From contig CM075993.1 of NCBI GenBank assembly GCA_038087875.1, positions 312,001 through 372,000 of the forward strand: 60,000 nucleotides of DNA, written 5' to 3'. The first letter of the stretch is position 1, and every line of letters begins with the position of its first letter. Position numbers and translations under genes: made by a program. Below the pieces are notes generated by a model. It had not been told where the DNA came from. It searched no databases and worked only from the letters and a program-made list of their open reading frames with translations. Shown here piece by piece: positions 11,137 through 23,585 of this stretch. This stretch comes from Malacoraja senta. Taxonomy: Eukaryota.

Positions 11137-12109
11137 CTGGAAAAAATAAACATGTTTTGTTTAAAAATAAACATTAAAGCGAGACCCAGAATGGCCGAGT
11201 TCATGCCTACAGCCCCCATCAACACAGCCCCATCACAGATGGGGAGGCCATATACGTGCCCCACCTCAGTCTCATAGTATGGGGGCTTGTAAACACAGTG
11301 GAAGGGGGATATTCACAGTGTGGGGGGGTATTCACAGTGGGGGGGGGGGTATTCACAGTGGGAGAGGTATTCAATGTGGTGGGTATTCACAGTCCCAGTG
11401 TGGGAGGTATTTACAGTCCCAGTGTGGGAGGTAGCTGCAGTTAATCTCCATTTTACTGTACATGATGGCTCACAAAAGTTGTGTAGATGATTAAATTTCT
11501 CATGCTACAATGATCAGGTCAGATGCTGTGAACTGCTGTGTTGGACTAGCATCTGTAGGAGCACAAACAGTTGATGCAGTCATCGACAGATAAATGAAGT
11601 CTGAGGAAACTCCAGTGCTTTGTAGTGTTGGGTTTTGTTGCTGGTACCAGTGAAGTTCCACAGCACCCGTCTGAAACAACTCCGTTTCAACAAAAGTGAA
11701 TATTATTTTTATCATCTTGGTCTGAAATCTCTCTCCTAACTTAGTGAAGAATCCAAGCTCTTCACTCACATGGTTACTGGTCACATTACAATTTAACCAA
11801 GTGCCCACACTGCATGTGTGAACTTGCATTCTGAAATATCCAACCACGGGTGTAGCAAGGCCGGTCACAACTTTTTAAGTCAAGAGTGTTTTATTGTCAT
11901 ATGTCCCGAAACGGAACAATGACTTACTTACAATGTTGCGTCGGGCCTGGGATTGACTTGCAGGGCTGCTGAGCACAATGAGGCTCACTAAGCAGGTAAC
12001 AGCTGGCAGCATCGATGTAGCAAGCTCCGATGGTGTCAAAAACAGCACAGCTCTACCCGAACAAACTGTCTCCAGACCTTCTTTAGTGTTACGTTATTTC
12101 ATTACTCAC

Positions 12110-12219
12110 CGGTTTGGGGGTGAAATGGAAGTTTGAGAGCGCATCAATTTGAGGAATAAAGAATCCATCTTTTTCTGGATCTCTGTGTACTGTTGGTTTT
12201 CCTCCACTTCTGATTTTTT
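12110..12219 (-). CDS. MPHOSPH10: MPHOSPH10 exon 8 (apparent 1-nt deletion)
   Basis: KKSEVEEN...MDSLFLKL/ALSNFHFTPKP; 110 nt where 111 is needed to keep frame. Confidence 0.9.
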
Positions 12220-12469
12220 CTGCAGTGATGAGGATAGAAATAAAGGGCAGACATCACCTCTCTGATACAGGATCACCATCACTCAATACTAGGGTCAGAC
12301 CGAGGGCCATTCTATGCCTTGAGAGCAAGCTCGTAGACTTTACCCATTTTAACATAAGCCTTACCAAAATTAAATCACAGTTATTAAAGCAGTAAATTTC
12401 ACCTCCAGTTATGTTTTTTTTCATTGTAAATTTTAACCAATAATGCCTTAAGTTGCCAGGTCTCCCTGG

Positions 12470-12600
12470 TCCCTGAAGGTGTGACTCTACCTGGGGTACA
12501 GTTCCTGAAGGTGTGACTCTATCTGGGGTACAGGCCCTGAAGGTGTGACTCTATCCGGGGTACAGGCCCGGAAGGTGTGACTCTATCCGGGGTACAGTTT
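12470..12600. repeat. About 31-bp tandem repeat, 4 copies (cctgaaggtgtgactctatccggggtacag)
   Basis: Direct repeats visible. Confidence 0.85.
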
Positions 12601-12648
12601 CACTTTTACATCTGTTTACTCTGTTGTCCAAGATTAGTAGTTTCTTAC

Positions 12649-12786
12649 CTGAGTTTGCTTTTGATATTCTTGCTCATAGACTTCGGCCAGACTCAGTTTA
12701 CTTTTCTCATGGTCCAAAGTAAGTCGTTTTTTGTATTCAAATGTCTCTTCTTTGGGCTTCTCCTTACGCAAGACATCATCCCACGC
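12649..12786 (-). CDS. MPHOSPH10: MPHOSPH10 exon 7
   Basis: AWDDVLRKEKPKEETFEYKKRLTLDHEKSKLSLAEVYEQEY. Confidence 0.95.
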
Positions 12787-12956
12787 CTGTGGAGAGAGCA
12801 CTTGATTCTCAATCAACCTTCCACTGCCAGTCTACAGAGCAGAAGCACGATAAGAAACGCTGGACTCTGCAGATTCCAGTGTGGTCGAGGTACAGTCCCT
12901 CTTAGTCACCTACATCAAACAAGCTGGTTCAGAGTTAACAGCAAAATAGTGCTGAC

Positions 12957-13024
12957 CTGGTCTTTAATCCTCTGGATAATAATATCCTCTAGTTGAAGTG
13001 TTGTCTCCTCAGTGATGACAGGCG
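12957..13024 (-). CDS. MPHOSPH10: MPHOSPH10 exon 6
   Basis: PVITEETTLQLEDIIIQRIKDQ. Confidence 0.94.
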
Positions 13025-13170
13025 CTGGGGATAGACACAGACTCAGTACTCGACAGACCATAACTCAGTGTTGCTTTCCCAGCTAGTCACCCCCCCACGC
13101 ACCCCAACATTCCCACAGAATGAGTAAACTCCTCGCCCCCATCTCCTCAATGATTATGCATAGGACACAC

Positions 13171-13312
13171 CTTTCCTGACCGCATGATCAAAGTGAAGGT
13201 CCTCTTCCAGCAAGCTGTTCTCAGGCCGTTTCTGAGCTGTGACCTCTCCCAGGAGCTGCCATGGCTTCTGCTCCAAGGCCGATTTCTCCAGCTGTTGGAT
13301 GTGTGATTTCAA
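13171..13312 (-). CDS. MPHOSPH10: MPHOSPH10 exon 5
   Basis: LKSHIQQLEKSALEQKPWQLLGEVTAQKRPENSLLEEDLHFDHAVR. Confidence 0.95.
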
Positions 13313-13899
13313 CTATAGGGAGCAAACCACAGCAGGTTAGCAATTGAATTACATGGAAATTAGAGACTGGACTGGAGCTATTCTAGACCAATTAACTCAT
13401 GCTGGTGCTAACTCTGCATACGCTGGATGCTAATCCATGTCACAATCCTGTTCCTTTTATTGCCAACAAAATCTGTCCTTAAATGTTGACCTGGTCTCTG
13501 CGTCAATCACCAATTCCAGAAGAAAAACAACACAAAACACTGGTGTAACTCAGCGGGTCAGGCAGCATTTTGTTACTTGTTTCAACAGTATATGTTAGTC
13601 TCAATCCAAGTAAAATTCTCCTATTCAATTCTTCAGTTAACTGTATGTCCCTTCCATCACAATGAGCACCATGTTCATCTTTACTCTGCACCAGCCTTCA
13701 ATAATTCCATATACTTCCACTGAATCCTACCCTCTCTCTGCTCCTGCCCTCAAAATGTAAAGTTCTCACCATCCAATTGAAATGTGTGTCCACTGATTCA
13801 CTCTCAAAACTCTACATTCTCCGTATGACTCCCGTGACCTTATAACAAGCTTCAGTTAATGTCAGGCCACACACCCTGTCTTTGAATTATAATACTCAC

Positions 13900-14050
13900 C
13901 TTTTCTTGGCGTTTTTCAAAGTTTGATTTTTCCACTTCCAGCTTCTTCCCTTCTATTACTCTGGTCAGGTCATCTTCCTCACCATCATCGGAAAGATCAA
14001 AGCTGACTTTCTTGCCCTTGGCCCTCTTCGCTTCCACCTGCTCCTGGTCT
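13900..14050 (-). CDS. MPHOSPH10: MPHOSPH10 exon 4
   Basis: ...KKVSFDLSDD...KSNFEKRQEK; phases 2/0 consistent with neighbouring exons. Confidence 0.9.
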
Positions 14051-14128
14051 CTGGGTCATGAAAGAAACCAATTAATACAACAGTCTTCATCATCTGCAGA
14101 GGAGTCTTTACAGGTTGTAGTGTTAGAA

Positions 14129-14233
14129 GCCTGGCGTCATGTACTAGCCCGGCGTCATGTACTAGCCCGGTGTTATGTACCAGCCCGGCGCCATGTACTA
14201 GCCCGGTGTTATGTACTAGCCCGGTGTTATGTA
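14129..14233. repeat. 18-bp tandem repeat (gcccggYgtYatgtacta), about 6 copies
   Basis: Direct repeats visible. Confidence 0.85.
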
Positions 14234-14713
14234 GAAGTTACTGACCCACTGAGTTACTCCAGCTTTTTGTGACTGATGTCAGTGAGCTGAACTGTATGTG
14301 AACGGGAGCACGGTTTTTGGAGCATGCTATTCAAGAGCAGTGCAGATAGAAAAGAAATGTTGTTAGCTCCCTCAAAAGGACCAGACTATAAAACAAAGCG
14401 GCTGCATAGATATGTTGTGCAGCATATTAGGTGTTCATAGAATCACAAAGCATGGAAACAGGCTCAGATCAAACACCTGTTACTGAATCTTCATGCAGTC
14501 CAACTCCACTCACCAGCATCACTCCTGTAACTTGCATTTCTAAAGAATGAAGTGGATGAGGGGTAATTAGATTGAGGGGATTAAAATGCCACTGTTACAT
14601 TGCCATCCACCATCTTCCTCAAGAGAGAATGAGGTCTCTCGGATGGGGCATCAGAGGAATGTTGACTAGAGGTGGAGCAAAATAAATGGAGAAAGTAACT
14701 TGGGGGAACATAC

Positions 14714-14844
14714 TCATCCAGAGTAGGGTCATCCTCTAATTCTTTCCGCTTTAGTTCCCGTTTTGCCTCTTTGCCATCTCCTCTTCCAGGTTCCTCAATT
14801 GGGTCGAAGAAATCCTTGTACTGCAGGTTCCTGGAACTCTTCAC
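14714..14844 (-). CDS. MPHOSPH10: MPHOSPH10 exon 3
   Basis: VKSSRNLQYKDFFDP... Confidence 0.92.
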
Positions 14845-15904
14845 CTGACCGATAACAACCAAAATTTAAATAGATAAACAATTTCACAGGGCTCCTTATT
14901 TGCAATTTCTGTGAGAGACCATCACTGTAATACCCATCCATTTGCTAATCCCATGGGCAGGACAGACAGCCAACTTGTTCTCGGATCTTTGTCAAATGGA
15001 GGGATATGGATCACATGCAGGTACAGGAGATGAGTTTGACAGCTTATGTTTAGTTCAGACATTGTGGGTTGCACTGTTCTATGCGCTAAATGATGTACAA
15101 ATTGGATCCACTGGCTGTGGAACAAGTCACACGTCACATCAGCCTACACCTGATCCTGACATTCAGAGGACCCAGATCTTTGTGAATCTTTGGAGATGTG
15201 CAATGCACTGTTACAGTACTTCCGCAGAGTCTGCAATCACAAGGATAGGATGCCCAATTCAAGCCTATGCTTAGAGGCACATTGGATTGTATGAGTTCAG
15301 TTGTCCAACAGTATGCCGTTCCACTCTGGCTCTACAGTCCAGGTTGGAGATATTTACTGGAGAGATCAGCCATGAATGAATGCCAGAGTAGTTTTGATGG
15401 GCCAAATGGCCTATTTCTGCTCCTATAAAGTTCCAACTTATGAAAGATGTTAAGCTGGAAAAGTGCAGATAAGATTTACAAGGATGTTGCCAGGACCAAG
15501 GGCCTGAGCTACAGAGAGATGTGGGACAGGCTTAGACCTCAGGTGCGCAGCAGACTGAGGAATGATCTTATCGATGAGGGGATAAAATCATGAGGGGGAA
15601 TAGGTCAAACGAATGCACAGTCTTTTACTCAGAGTAGGGGAATCATGAACATGAAGACATAGACCAAAGGTGAGAGGGGAAATATTTAATGGGAACCTTG
15701 GGGGTGACTTTTCAGACAAAGGCTAATAGGTATATGGATCAAGCTGCCAGAGGAGGTAGTTACAGCAGATACTACATGGCTAGGAAAGGTTTAGGAGCAA
15801 ATGGGCTGGTATAGATGGGGCATCTGGGTCGCCATGGACAAGTTGACCTGAAGGGCCAGTGACTCTTAAGACTCTACCAGGATCAGTGAAGTTTGTGAGA
15901 TTAC

Positions 15905-16529
15905 CTTTTTCCTGGAGTTTGTTTTTATAATTTCTTCATCCTCAGAGAGAATATCTTCAAAATAATCGATGTCATCTTCATCATTCTCTTCACTATTTCC
16001 TTCTTCCTTTTCAGCTTTCTCTAAAAAAGCTTCCATTTCTGAAAGTTTGAAAAATTTATCATCCAGGTCTGAGCTTGGGAGTTTGGGGCTCTTTTTTTGT
16101 AGTTTAGTTCTTTTCACAAGCTCATCAATATCAAAGTTGATGTCGGAGTCTTCATCACTAAGCTCTTCAGACTGGTCTTTTTCATTAACTTTCTCAGATT
16201 TTAACTCTCTCTCTTCATCACTGCCCTCCCCTGCTTCATAATCATCTTCTGTTTCAAACTCCTCTCCAGGCGTATCAATCTCTGCCTCTTCCACTCTATT
16301 CACTCTGCTGAGATTGTCTCGCACGAGAAAAGCAACTGCCCTTTTAAAATAGTTCAAGACTGAATGATTCTGTAATTCAATTTCCTGCCAGATCTGCTCT
16401 TCATCAAATTGTTCTACAACCAACTCCTTCAAAGGGCTCCCGGCAGCCCCGTCCGCTTCCTGTGTCTTCTGGAAATCATACAGCTCCTTCATGAGACCAG
16501 TGAACTCTGATGCCAATCCTTCCTGTACA
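15905..16529 (-). CDS. MPHOSPH10: MPHOSPH10 exon 2
   Basis: VQEGLASEF...FDEEQIWQEIELQN...DDKFFKLSEMEAFL...DIDYFED. Confidence 0.95.
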
Positions 16530-17299
16530 CTGGGAGTCAGAGAAGACTGTGTTAATCACACATTCTCACCAGTAATGGTCAGGACCCAGCTATTACACAT
16601 TCCATCCATAGTTTCTCGGGCATCAACACTTGCAATTCTGCAAGGTGTTTCAGGCACACACCAGATGGCAGGCTTGTGTTCAGTGTAACAGTCCTGACTG
16701 GCACTTCATGGGATTCATAATCACCAGTTTATGAAACCTGGTCATGGCTACCCAACCACAGTCAGCACAAAATCCATCTAAATAATCCATCTTTCTCTTT
16801 GATCCAAACCCCTCCCCATCTTGAACCCCATTCTTACCAAACACCCCCATAGCTCCCTCTGCAACCATACCCAAGTAGTCAATCCCCACTCGCTTAGACA
16901 TTGGCCCCCAAATTCCCAAACAATTGCAACATTTAGAAGCCATTTCAAAAGGTTAATGGATAGGAAAGTTTGAGGGATACCGGGCCAAATTACAGGGAAA
17001 TGGAAGTAGCTGAGGAAAGCATCTTTGTCAGCATGAACGTCCAACCTGACGCTGACCCGGGCCTATCCCCCGCACCGGCTCCCGGCTCCCACCTGAGCAG
17101 GAGTGCGGGCCGCTGCCCCCGCCCTGCCCCGGCTCTCCCCTCTCCCCTCTCCTGCCCCGGCTCCCCCCGCCCTGCCCCGGCTCTCCCCTCTCCCCTCTCC
17201 CCTCTCCTGCCCCGGCTCCCCACGCCCTGCCCCGGCTCTCCCCTCTCCCCTCTCCCCTCTCCTCTCTCTCCTCTCTCCCCTCTCCCCTCTCCCCTCTCC

Positions 17300-17700
17300 C
17301 CGCTACCTGAGCAGGAGTGCGGGCCGCTCCACCGCGTTCTCCAGCCGCCGAACGTAGCTTCCCAGCGCCGCCATCTTCGCGGAGTCACGGCGCCGGGATC
17401 CCCGGAACAAGATCCCGCTGCCGGAGGTTCCGGGTTCCGGCCCCTGGTTCCCGCGGAAGAAACGTTCCGCCCGGTTTCCCGCCGTTTGAATGTCCCGCGG
17501 TGGAGCGTCGGGCCTCAGTCGCTGGGCCTCGGGCCTCGGGCCTCCCGCTTCCCTCACGTCCCCCAGGGGGCTCTCCGGAGTCTCCCGGGCGGCCCTTCGG
17601 CCCGGCTGATGAAGACTAACCTAGGTAGGCTGTGGGGTAGCGGCGGGTAGACGAAGAGCCCGGGCTGGAGATCTAGGGCAGGTCACCAGCCCTGAAGCCC
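17300..17700. promoter_or_regulatory. CpG-island promoter of MPHOSPH10
   Basis: High CpG density; YY1-type CGCCATCTT over the ATG; ETS-like CCGGAA/GCGGAAG motifs. Confidence 0.7.
17307..17374 (-). CDS. MPHOSPH10: MPHOSPH10 exon 1 (U3 snoRNP protein Mpp10)
   Basis: aagATGGCG start, MAALGSYVRRLENAVERPALLL, phase-2 donor gtagcg; lies in a CpG island. Confidence 0.88.
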
Positions 17701-18662
17701 GGTGCCCATTCACCACCATGTCGGCACCAGATGCCCATTCACCACCATGTCGGCACCAGGTGCCCATTCACCACCATGTTGGCACCCGGTGCCCATTCAC
17801 CACCATGTCGGCACCAGGTGCCCATTCACCACCATGTCGGCACCAGGTGCCCATTCACCACCATGTCGGCACCAGGTGCCCATTCACCACCATGTCGGCA
17901 CCAGGTGCCCATTCACCACCATGTCGGCACCAGGTGCCCATTCACCACCATGTCGGCACCAGGTGCCCATTCACCACCATGTCGGCACCAGGTGCCCATT
18001 CACCACCATGTCGGCACCAGGTGCCCATTCACCACCATGTCGGCACCAGGTGCCCATTCACCACCATGTCGGCACCCGGTGCCCATTCACCACCATGTCG
18101 GCACCAGGTGCCCATTCACCACCATGTCGGCGCCAGGTGCCCATTCACCACCATGTCGGCACCAGGTGCCCATTCACCACCATGTCGGCACCCGGTGCCC
18201 ATTCACCACCATGTCGGCACCCGGTGCCCATTCACCACCATGTCGGCGCCAGGTGCCCATTCACCACCATGTCGGCGCCAGGTGCCCATTCACCACCATG
18301 TCGGCACCAGGTGCCCATTCACCACCATGTCGGCACCAGGTGCCCATTCACCACCATGTTGGCACCCGGTGCCCATTCACCACCATGTCGGCACCCGGTG
18401 CCCATTCACCACCATGTCGGCACCCGGTGCCCATTCACCACCATGTCGGCGCCCGGTGCCCATTCACCACCATGTCGGCACCAGGTGCCCATTCACCACC
18501 ATGTCGGCACCAGGTGCCCATTCACCACCATGTCGGCGCCCGGTGCCCATTCACCACCATGTCGGCACCCGGTGCCCATTCACCACCATGTCGGCGCCCG
18601 GTGCCCATTCACCACCATGTCGGCGCCCGGTGCCCATTCACCACCATGTCGGCACCCGGTGC
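17701..18662. repeat. 29-bp minisatellite (ggtgcccattcaccaccatgtcggcacca)n, about 33 copies
   Basis: Near-perfect head-to-tail units with no spacers. Confidence 0.98.
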
Positions 18663-18844
18663 AATCTGGGCACATCTGGCACCATTACTAAGGGCCAGGG
18701 AGTTGGAGAAGACAGTTCAGAGGTTGCTGAATAAATTGGACCTCTCTCTGCAGATCAAACTTAGCTGAAATATTTACACTGAATTTACCGAACTGTCAGA
18801 TCACTCGAGTAGAAACAAGGAAATGGAGATACTGGTTTACAAAA

Positions 18845-19025
18845 ATGGCACAAAGTGTCGGAGCAACTCAGTGGGTCAGGCAGCATCTCTGGAGAACATT
18901 GATAGGTGATGTTTCGGGTCGGGATCCTTCTTCAGACTAATGGGTTCCGAGCTGAAACATCACCTACCCATGTCTTCAGAGATGCTGCCAGACCCGCTGA
19001 GTTGCTCCAGCACTCTGTGTCTTTT
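18845..19025. repeat. Fold-back (inverted) copy of the Penelope-associated dispersed repeat
   Basis: ggagcaactcagtgggtcaggcagcatctctg...cagagatgctgccagacccgctgagttgctcc. Confidence 0.8.
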
Positions 19026-19119
19026 TTAATCAGATCATTTACCCCAACTGGTTTATGCAGGCGTTATTGCTCCACAAAGACTCCCCTTCACCCAATCTCA
19101 TTGAGCTTTGTGTAATACT

Positions 19120-20700
19120 TTAACAGAACAGTACAGAGCAGGAACAGGTACTTTGGCCCGTAATGTCTGTGCCACACATGCTGGCAAGTTAAACTAATCC
19201 CTTCTGCTTACACACGATCCACATCCCTGCATATCCATGTGCCTACCAATAAGCCTCTTAAAAAGCACTATTTACCTGCCTCCTCCACCACCCTGCAGCT
19301 TGTTCCAGGCACCCACTAATCTCTGTGGAACAAACTTGCCTCTGCATATCTCCTTAAAACTTTTCCCTCTTACCTTAAAGCTATGCCCATAGTTTTTTAC
19401 ATTTCCACCTTTGGTTCTGTCAACCCTATCTATTCATTTCTTGTATCTATACCTCCTAATCCAGACAGCATCCTCTTGTATGGGGACAACCAGAATTGCA
19501 CACATTACTCCACCTAACCAAAGATTTATAAAGATGCAACATGATCTTCCGTCTCTGTTCCTTAATGTCCCGAACAATGAAAGGGAGCATATTGTATGTC
19601 TTCTTTAGCACTCTTATCTACTTTTGTTGCTACTTTCTGGAAGATATAGACTCACAACCCAAGAATACTATTAAAGGTTCTACCATTAAGTGTATACTTT
19701 CACCTTGCGTTTGACCTCCTGAAATACAACAACATACTTGCTTGGATTAAATTCCATCTGTTATTTCTCCACCCATATCTGTAATTGAAATTTATCCTGC
19801 TGTATCTTTTGACAGCCTTCTTCACTGTCCACAACTCCACTAATTTTTGTCGGCAAGCTGAGTTACTCCAGCTTTTTGAGTCTACCACTAATTTTTGTGT
19901 TGTGTGCAAACCTACTAACTAACCCATCTACATTTTCATCCTAGTCATTTATATGAATCAAAAACAACAGTGGATCCAGCACTGATCCCTGTGAAACACC
20001 ATTGGATGCAGACTTCCAGCCGAATAACAACCTTCCTCCACAACTTGCATGAGTAAGCTAGTTCTGAATCCAAACTACCAAGTCATTGTGAACCTCTTGC
20101 ATCTCAATCTTCTGGATCTGCCCTATGATGAGAGATTTTGTCATGTACCTTGTAGATAATATTCACTGCCCGAGCCTCATCAATAATCTTCATCACCTCC
20201 TCAAAATACTAAATCATTTATAAGATATGACCTGTCCCACACTAAACCATGCTAACTCTCCCTAAACAGGCCATTCTCTTCCAAATAGAAGTAAATTCTA
20301 TCCCGAAGAATGCTAACCAATGTCCAATTATCATTTCCCTTCTTAAACAAAGGAACAATCTTGGCTATTCTTCAGTTCTCCTGGAACTCACCTGTAACTA
20401 GTGAGAATAAATAGATCTTAGTCAACATTCCAAGTTTCCTCTCTCAATAGGCTGTGATATATCCCATCAGGCTATGGGGACTCATCCACCTTAACGCCCT
20501 TCAAGACACCCAACACCACCTCCGTTTTGAGCTCCAAATGCCCAGCATATTTAGTATACATCACGCTCCTCTCACTATCATCCATGTCCTTCTCCTTAGT
20601 GAATACTGATCCTTCCTTTATTCTTGAGTAGTTCTACTCTCTCCCGAGTTCCCCTCTTGTTTTTAACATATGAATAAAATGCCTTGAGATTCTCTTTAAT
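19120..20700 (-). mobile_element. Old degenerate CR1 LINE fragment
   Basis: Reverse-complement similarity to the CR1 ORF2/3'UTR copies elsewhere in the window; no open frame. Confidence 0.7.
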
Positions 20701-20764
20701 CTTCATCTGAAATTTTTATTGTATTGTTACACGGAATACAAGTCAAGTCTTCTCGAAATATAAC

Positions 20765-21428
20765 GTGCTAGAATAACTCAAAGGTCAGAGCAGCATCTCT
20801 GGAGGACATGGATAGGTGATGTTTTGGGTTAGGGTCCATCTTCAGATTGATTATAGGGAAGAAAAAGCTAGGAAATTTGTGGGGCAGGAAAAGCCTGGCA
20901 AGTGATAAGTGAATACAGTTATGGGGGTGAGGTTAATTGGCAGATGGGTGGACAAAGGCTTGCGACAAAGAAAATAGACAAAAGAGTGCTGGATAAGTAG
21001 AGATGAGTAGTGAAATGTGAAGCTAGAGGAAGGGATATAGGTGAATAGGACAGGAGGAAAGAGGACGGGGGAAGGAAAAAAAAGTAAAAAGTGGTGGATG
21101 GTGGGAGACATGGGTATGCACCTGGATGGGGCACAGGGAAGAGAGGGGGGAAGAAGGGAGGGGATGGTATCTAAAATTGGAGAATTTAATGTTCATGCTA
21201 TTGGCTTGTAAGCTACCCAAGTAATATGTGCTGTTCGTCCAGTTTGCATATGGCCTCACTCAGGCAATGGAGGAAGCCCAGGACAGAAAGGTCGGTATGG
21301 GAATGGGAAGGGGAGTTAAAATGGTTAGTAATTGGGAGATTCAGCAGACCTAGATGGATCGAACGCAGGTGTTTGGTGAAACAGTCGCCTCATCTACACA
21401 TGGTTTCGCCGATGTAAAGGAGGCCTCA
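20765..21428 (-). mobile_element. Penelope-like element fragment with GIY-YIG endonuclease remnant
   Basis: Minus strand GLLYIGETMCR*GDCFTKHLRSI...NHFNSPSHSHTDLSVLG...LGSLQANSMNIKFSNFR, then a pyrimidine-rich tract and tctgaagatggaccctaaccc. Confidence 0.8.
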
Positions 21429-23300
21429 TGGGGAATAAAGTGCTGGGTGGAACCAGGTGAGGGGAGAGATGATGGACAGAATCTCTCACTTTCTATAAAT
21501 CTTTATAATGACACCAGTGGTGTGACAACCAGAACCGAACACAATACTCCCACTGTGACCTGACCACTGTTGTGTACAGCTGTCACATGACCTCCCAACT
21601 CTTACCCTCAATGCATCTGCCATAAAGGCAGGGTAACAAATAAAGGAGATTTATTCCGAAGAAGGGTCTCGACACGAAATGTCACCCATTCCTTCTATCT
21701 AGAGATGCTGCCTGTCCCGCTGAGTTACTGCACCATTTTGTGTCCATGTTCCCCAGAGATGTTGCCTGACCCTCTGACTTACTCCAGCACTTTGTGTCTA
21801 TTTATCCGTCGATTTTGACTTGCCCCATGACAGGCACTAGTCCGACCAGTGTCCTGTATGTTGTTGCAATAAATCTCCGCAAATCCCATTCCGCGGGTGC
21901 TTTTTAGAATGTAAAGCTGTGGAGGCGTCAATGCTAACGGCTCGCAAGCTCCTTCAGCAGAGCTGCCCACTCGACATTAAAACGCAAAGCCCAATTGCGC
22001 CCACTCTGATGATAAACCATGCACCAACCCGGGCTCCAGGCGTATTATTTACCATTCAGGATCGTGGGTGGTAATGCTGATATCACGCCTTGTAGGGGGC
22101 ACCCCGGAATCTGAATGTGTAACGTGACTGCTGTATTCAGATTGCCGGGTATCGATGTGCATGCCCTATCCAGGGTAGGGGGCTCCATGCACTGGCGAGT
22201 CGGGAGGGAACACAAAGGAAGTGAACGGGAGGCGGCCACACAGGTAAGGGGGGATCGGGCGGGCAATGCCCGCAGCGATGCCCAGTATGCTACCCACTCG
22301 GTTGTGCCCGGTGCCCGAGGTCTTCCTGCAACTGCTGCTGGTGCAACCGGAGATACCTCGGTGCACCAGGCACACGGTGGAATCAATGCATTCGGTGCAA
22401 ACAATTAATTCAATGCAAGCAACGAATCCGGTACCGAGTCCGGGTCGGTGCAAACAAACTGGTGCGAGCATTGCTCGGTGGAATCAATGAAGCTCGATCG
22501 GTGCATCAATCTGTTGCAGAGCTGCAGTCTGTAAGCGCTCGGTGCAATGAATCCGATGCAGACTGCACCCCCTGGATGCGCTGTACAGCGCGGCCACTGG
22601 TAGTGGGGTGAGGGGGTGGGTGTGAGGGCGGGGGTCGTGTTTACCAACAGGACCTTGCTCGAAATTGTGAGGCTTTTGTAAACGAGGATATTATGAAATC
22701 GCGTGTTGGTGTTTACAGACGAGTGGTGTGGTTCTGCATCGGAACAGCGACCGCACTTCAGAAAGTGCTCAGTGTGGGAAGGATCTGGTCAAGGATGCTG
22801 CCTGTCCCGCTGAGTTACTCCAGCTTTGTGTGTCTGTCTCTGGTCTGGGATGGGTGGGTTCAGGGTACCAACCTCCCTCACTCCGATCACTGGGGCTCCA
22901 CCCCGCGGAGAGCGGGCTGGCCGTCCCGGGGAGATAGGGTTTGGTGTGAAGGGATCGGGTCGGGGAAATGTGCCTGGATGAGACGCCAATTTCTGGGCAG
23001 GAAGAGCGCGTTTCTAAAGAGTGTCCTTCACAACCCCGAGCCAACCCGAAGTACTCTGAACAGAAGAAGTGTTATTTACTAAGGTGCCACATGGTAGGCT
23101 GCTCTGGAAGGTTAGATCGCATGGGATCAATGAAGAGCTAGTCGATTGGTTAGAGAATTGGAAGGAAACAGAGGGTGATGGTGGAAGATTGTTTTTCAGA
23201 CTGGAGGCCGGTGTGTGCCTCAGGAATCGGCTGTTTGTGGCTTTTTACAAACCATTTGGATGAGAATGCACAAGGTATGAATAGTAAATTTGCAGATGCT

Positions 23301-23585
23301 TCACGGTGGTGCAGCGGTAGAGTTGCCACCTTACAGCTGCCAGGGACCCGGGTTTGATCGTAACTTTGGGTGCTGTCTTTATAGAGTTTGTACGTTCTCC
23401 CCATGACAGTGTGGGTTTTCTGTGGGTGCTCTGGTTTCCTCCCACACTCCAAAAACCTCCAGGTTTGTAGATAAATGGCTTCTATAAATGTCCTTAGTAT
23501 AGGATGGTGCTAGTGTACAAGGTGATTGCTGGTCAATATGGACTTGGTCGGCTGAAGGGCCTGTTTCCACGCTGTATCTCCAAAG
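23301..23585 (+). mobile_element. tRNA-derived V-SINE (HE1-like)
   Basis: A-box TGGTGCAGCGG, B-box GGTTTGATC, V-domain GAGTTTGTACGTTCTCCCC...GGTTTCCTCCCACACTCCAAA, CR1-like tail; inserted right after the host CR1 FAD codons. Confidence 0.85.

Noticed and set aside
17701..18662. CRISPR-like array (29-bp palindromic repeats)
   Set aside because: Units are head-to-tail with no unique spacers, there are no cas genes, and the context is vertebrate
17702..18768. Three overlapping ORFs of about 330-345 aa
   Set aside because: By-product of a stop-free 29-bp repeat; no homology or gene structure
23301..23375. Possible tRNA gene
   Set aside because: tRNA-derived SINE head continuing into the V-domain; no cloverleaf or terminator
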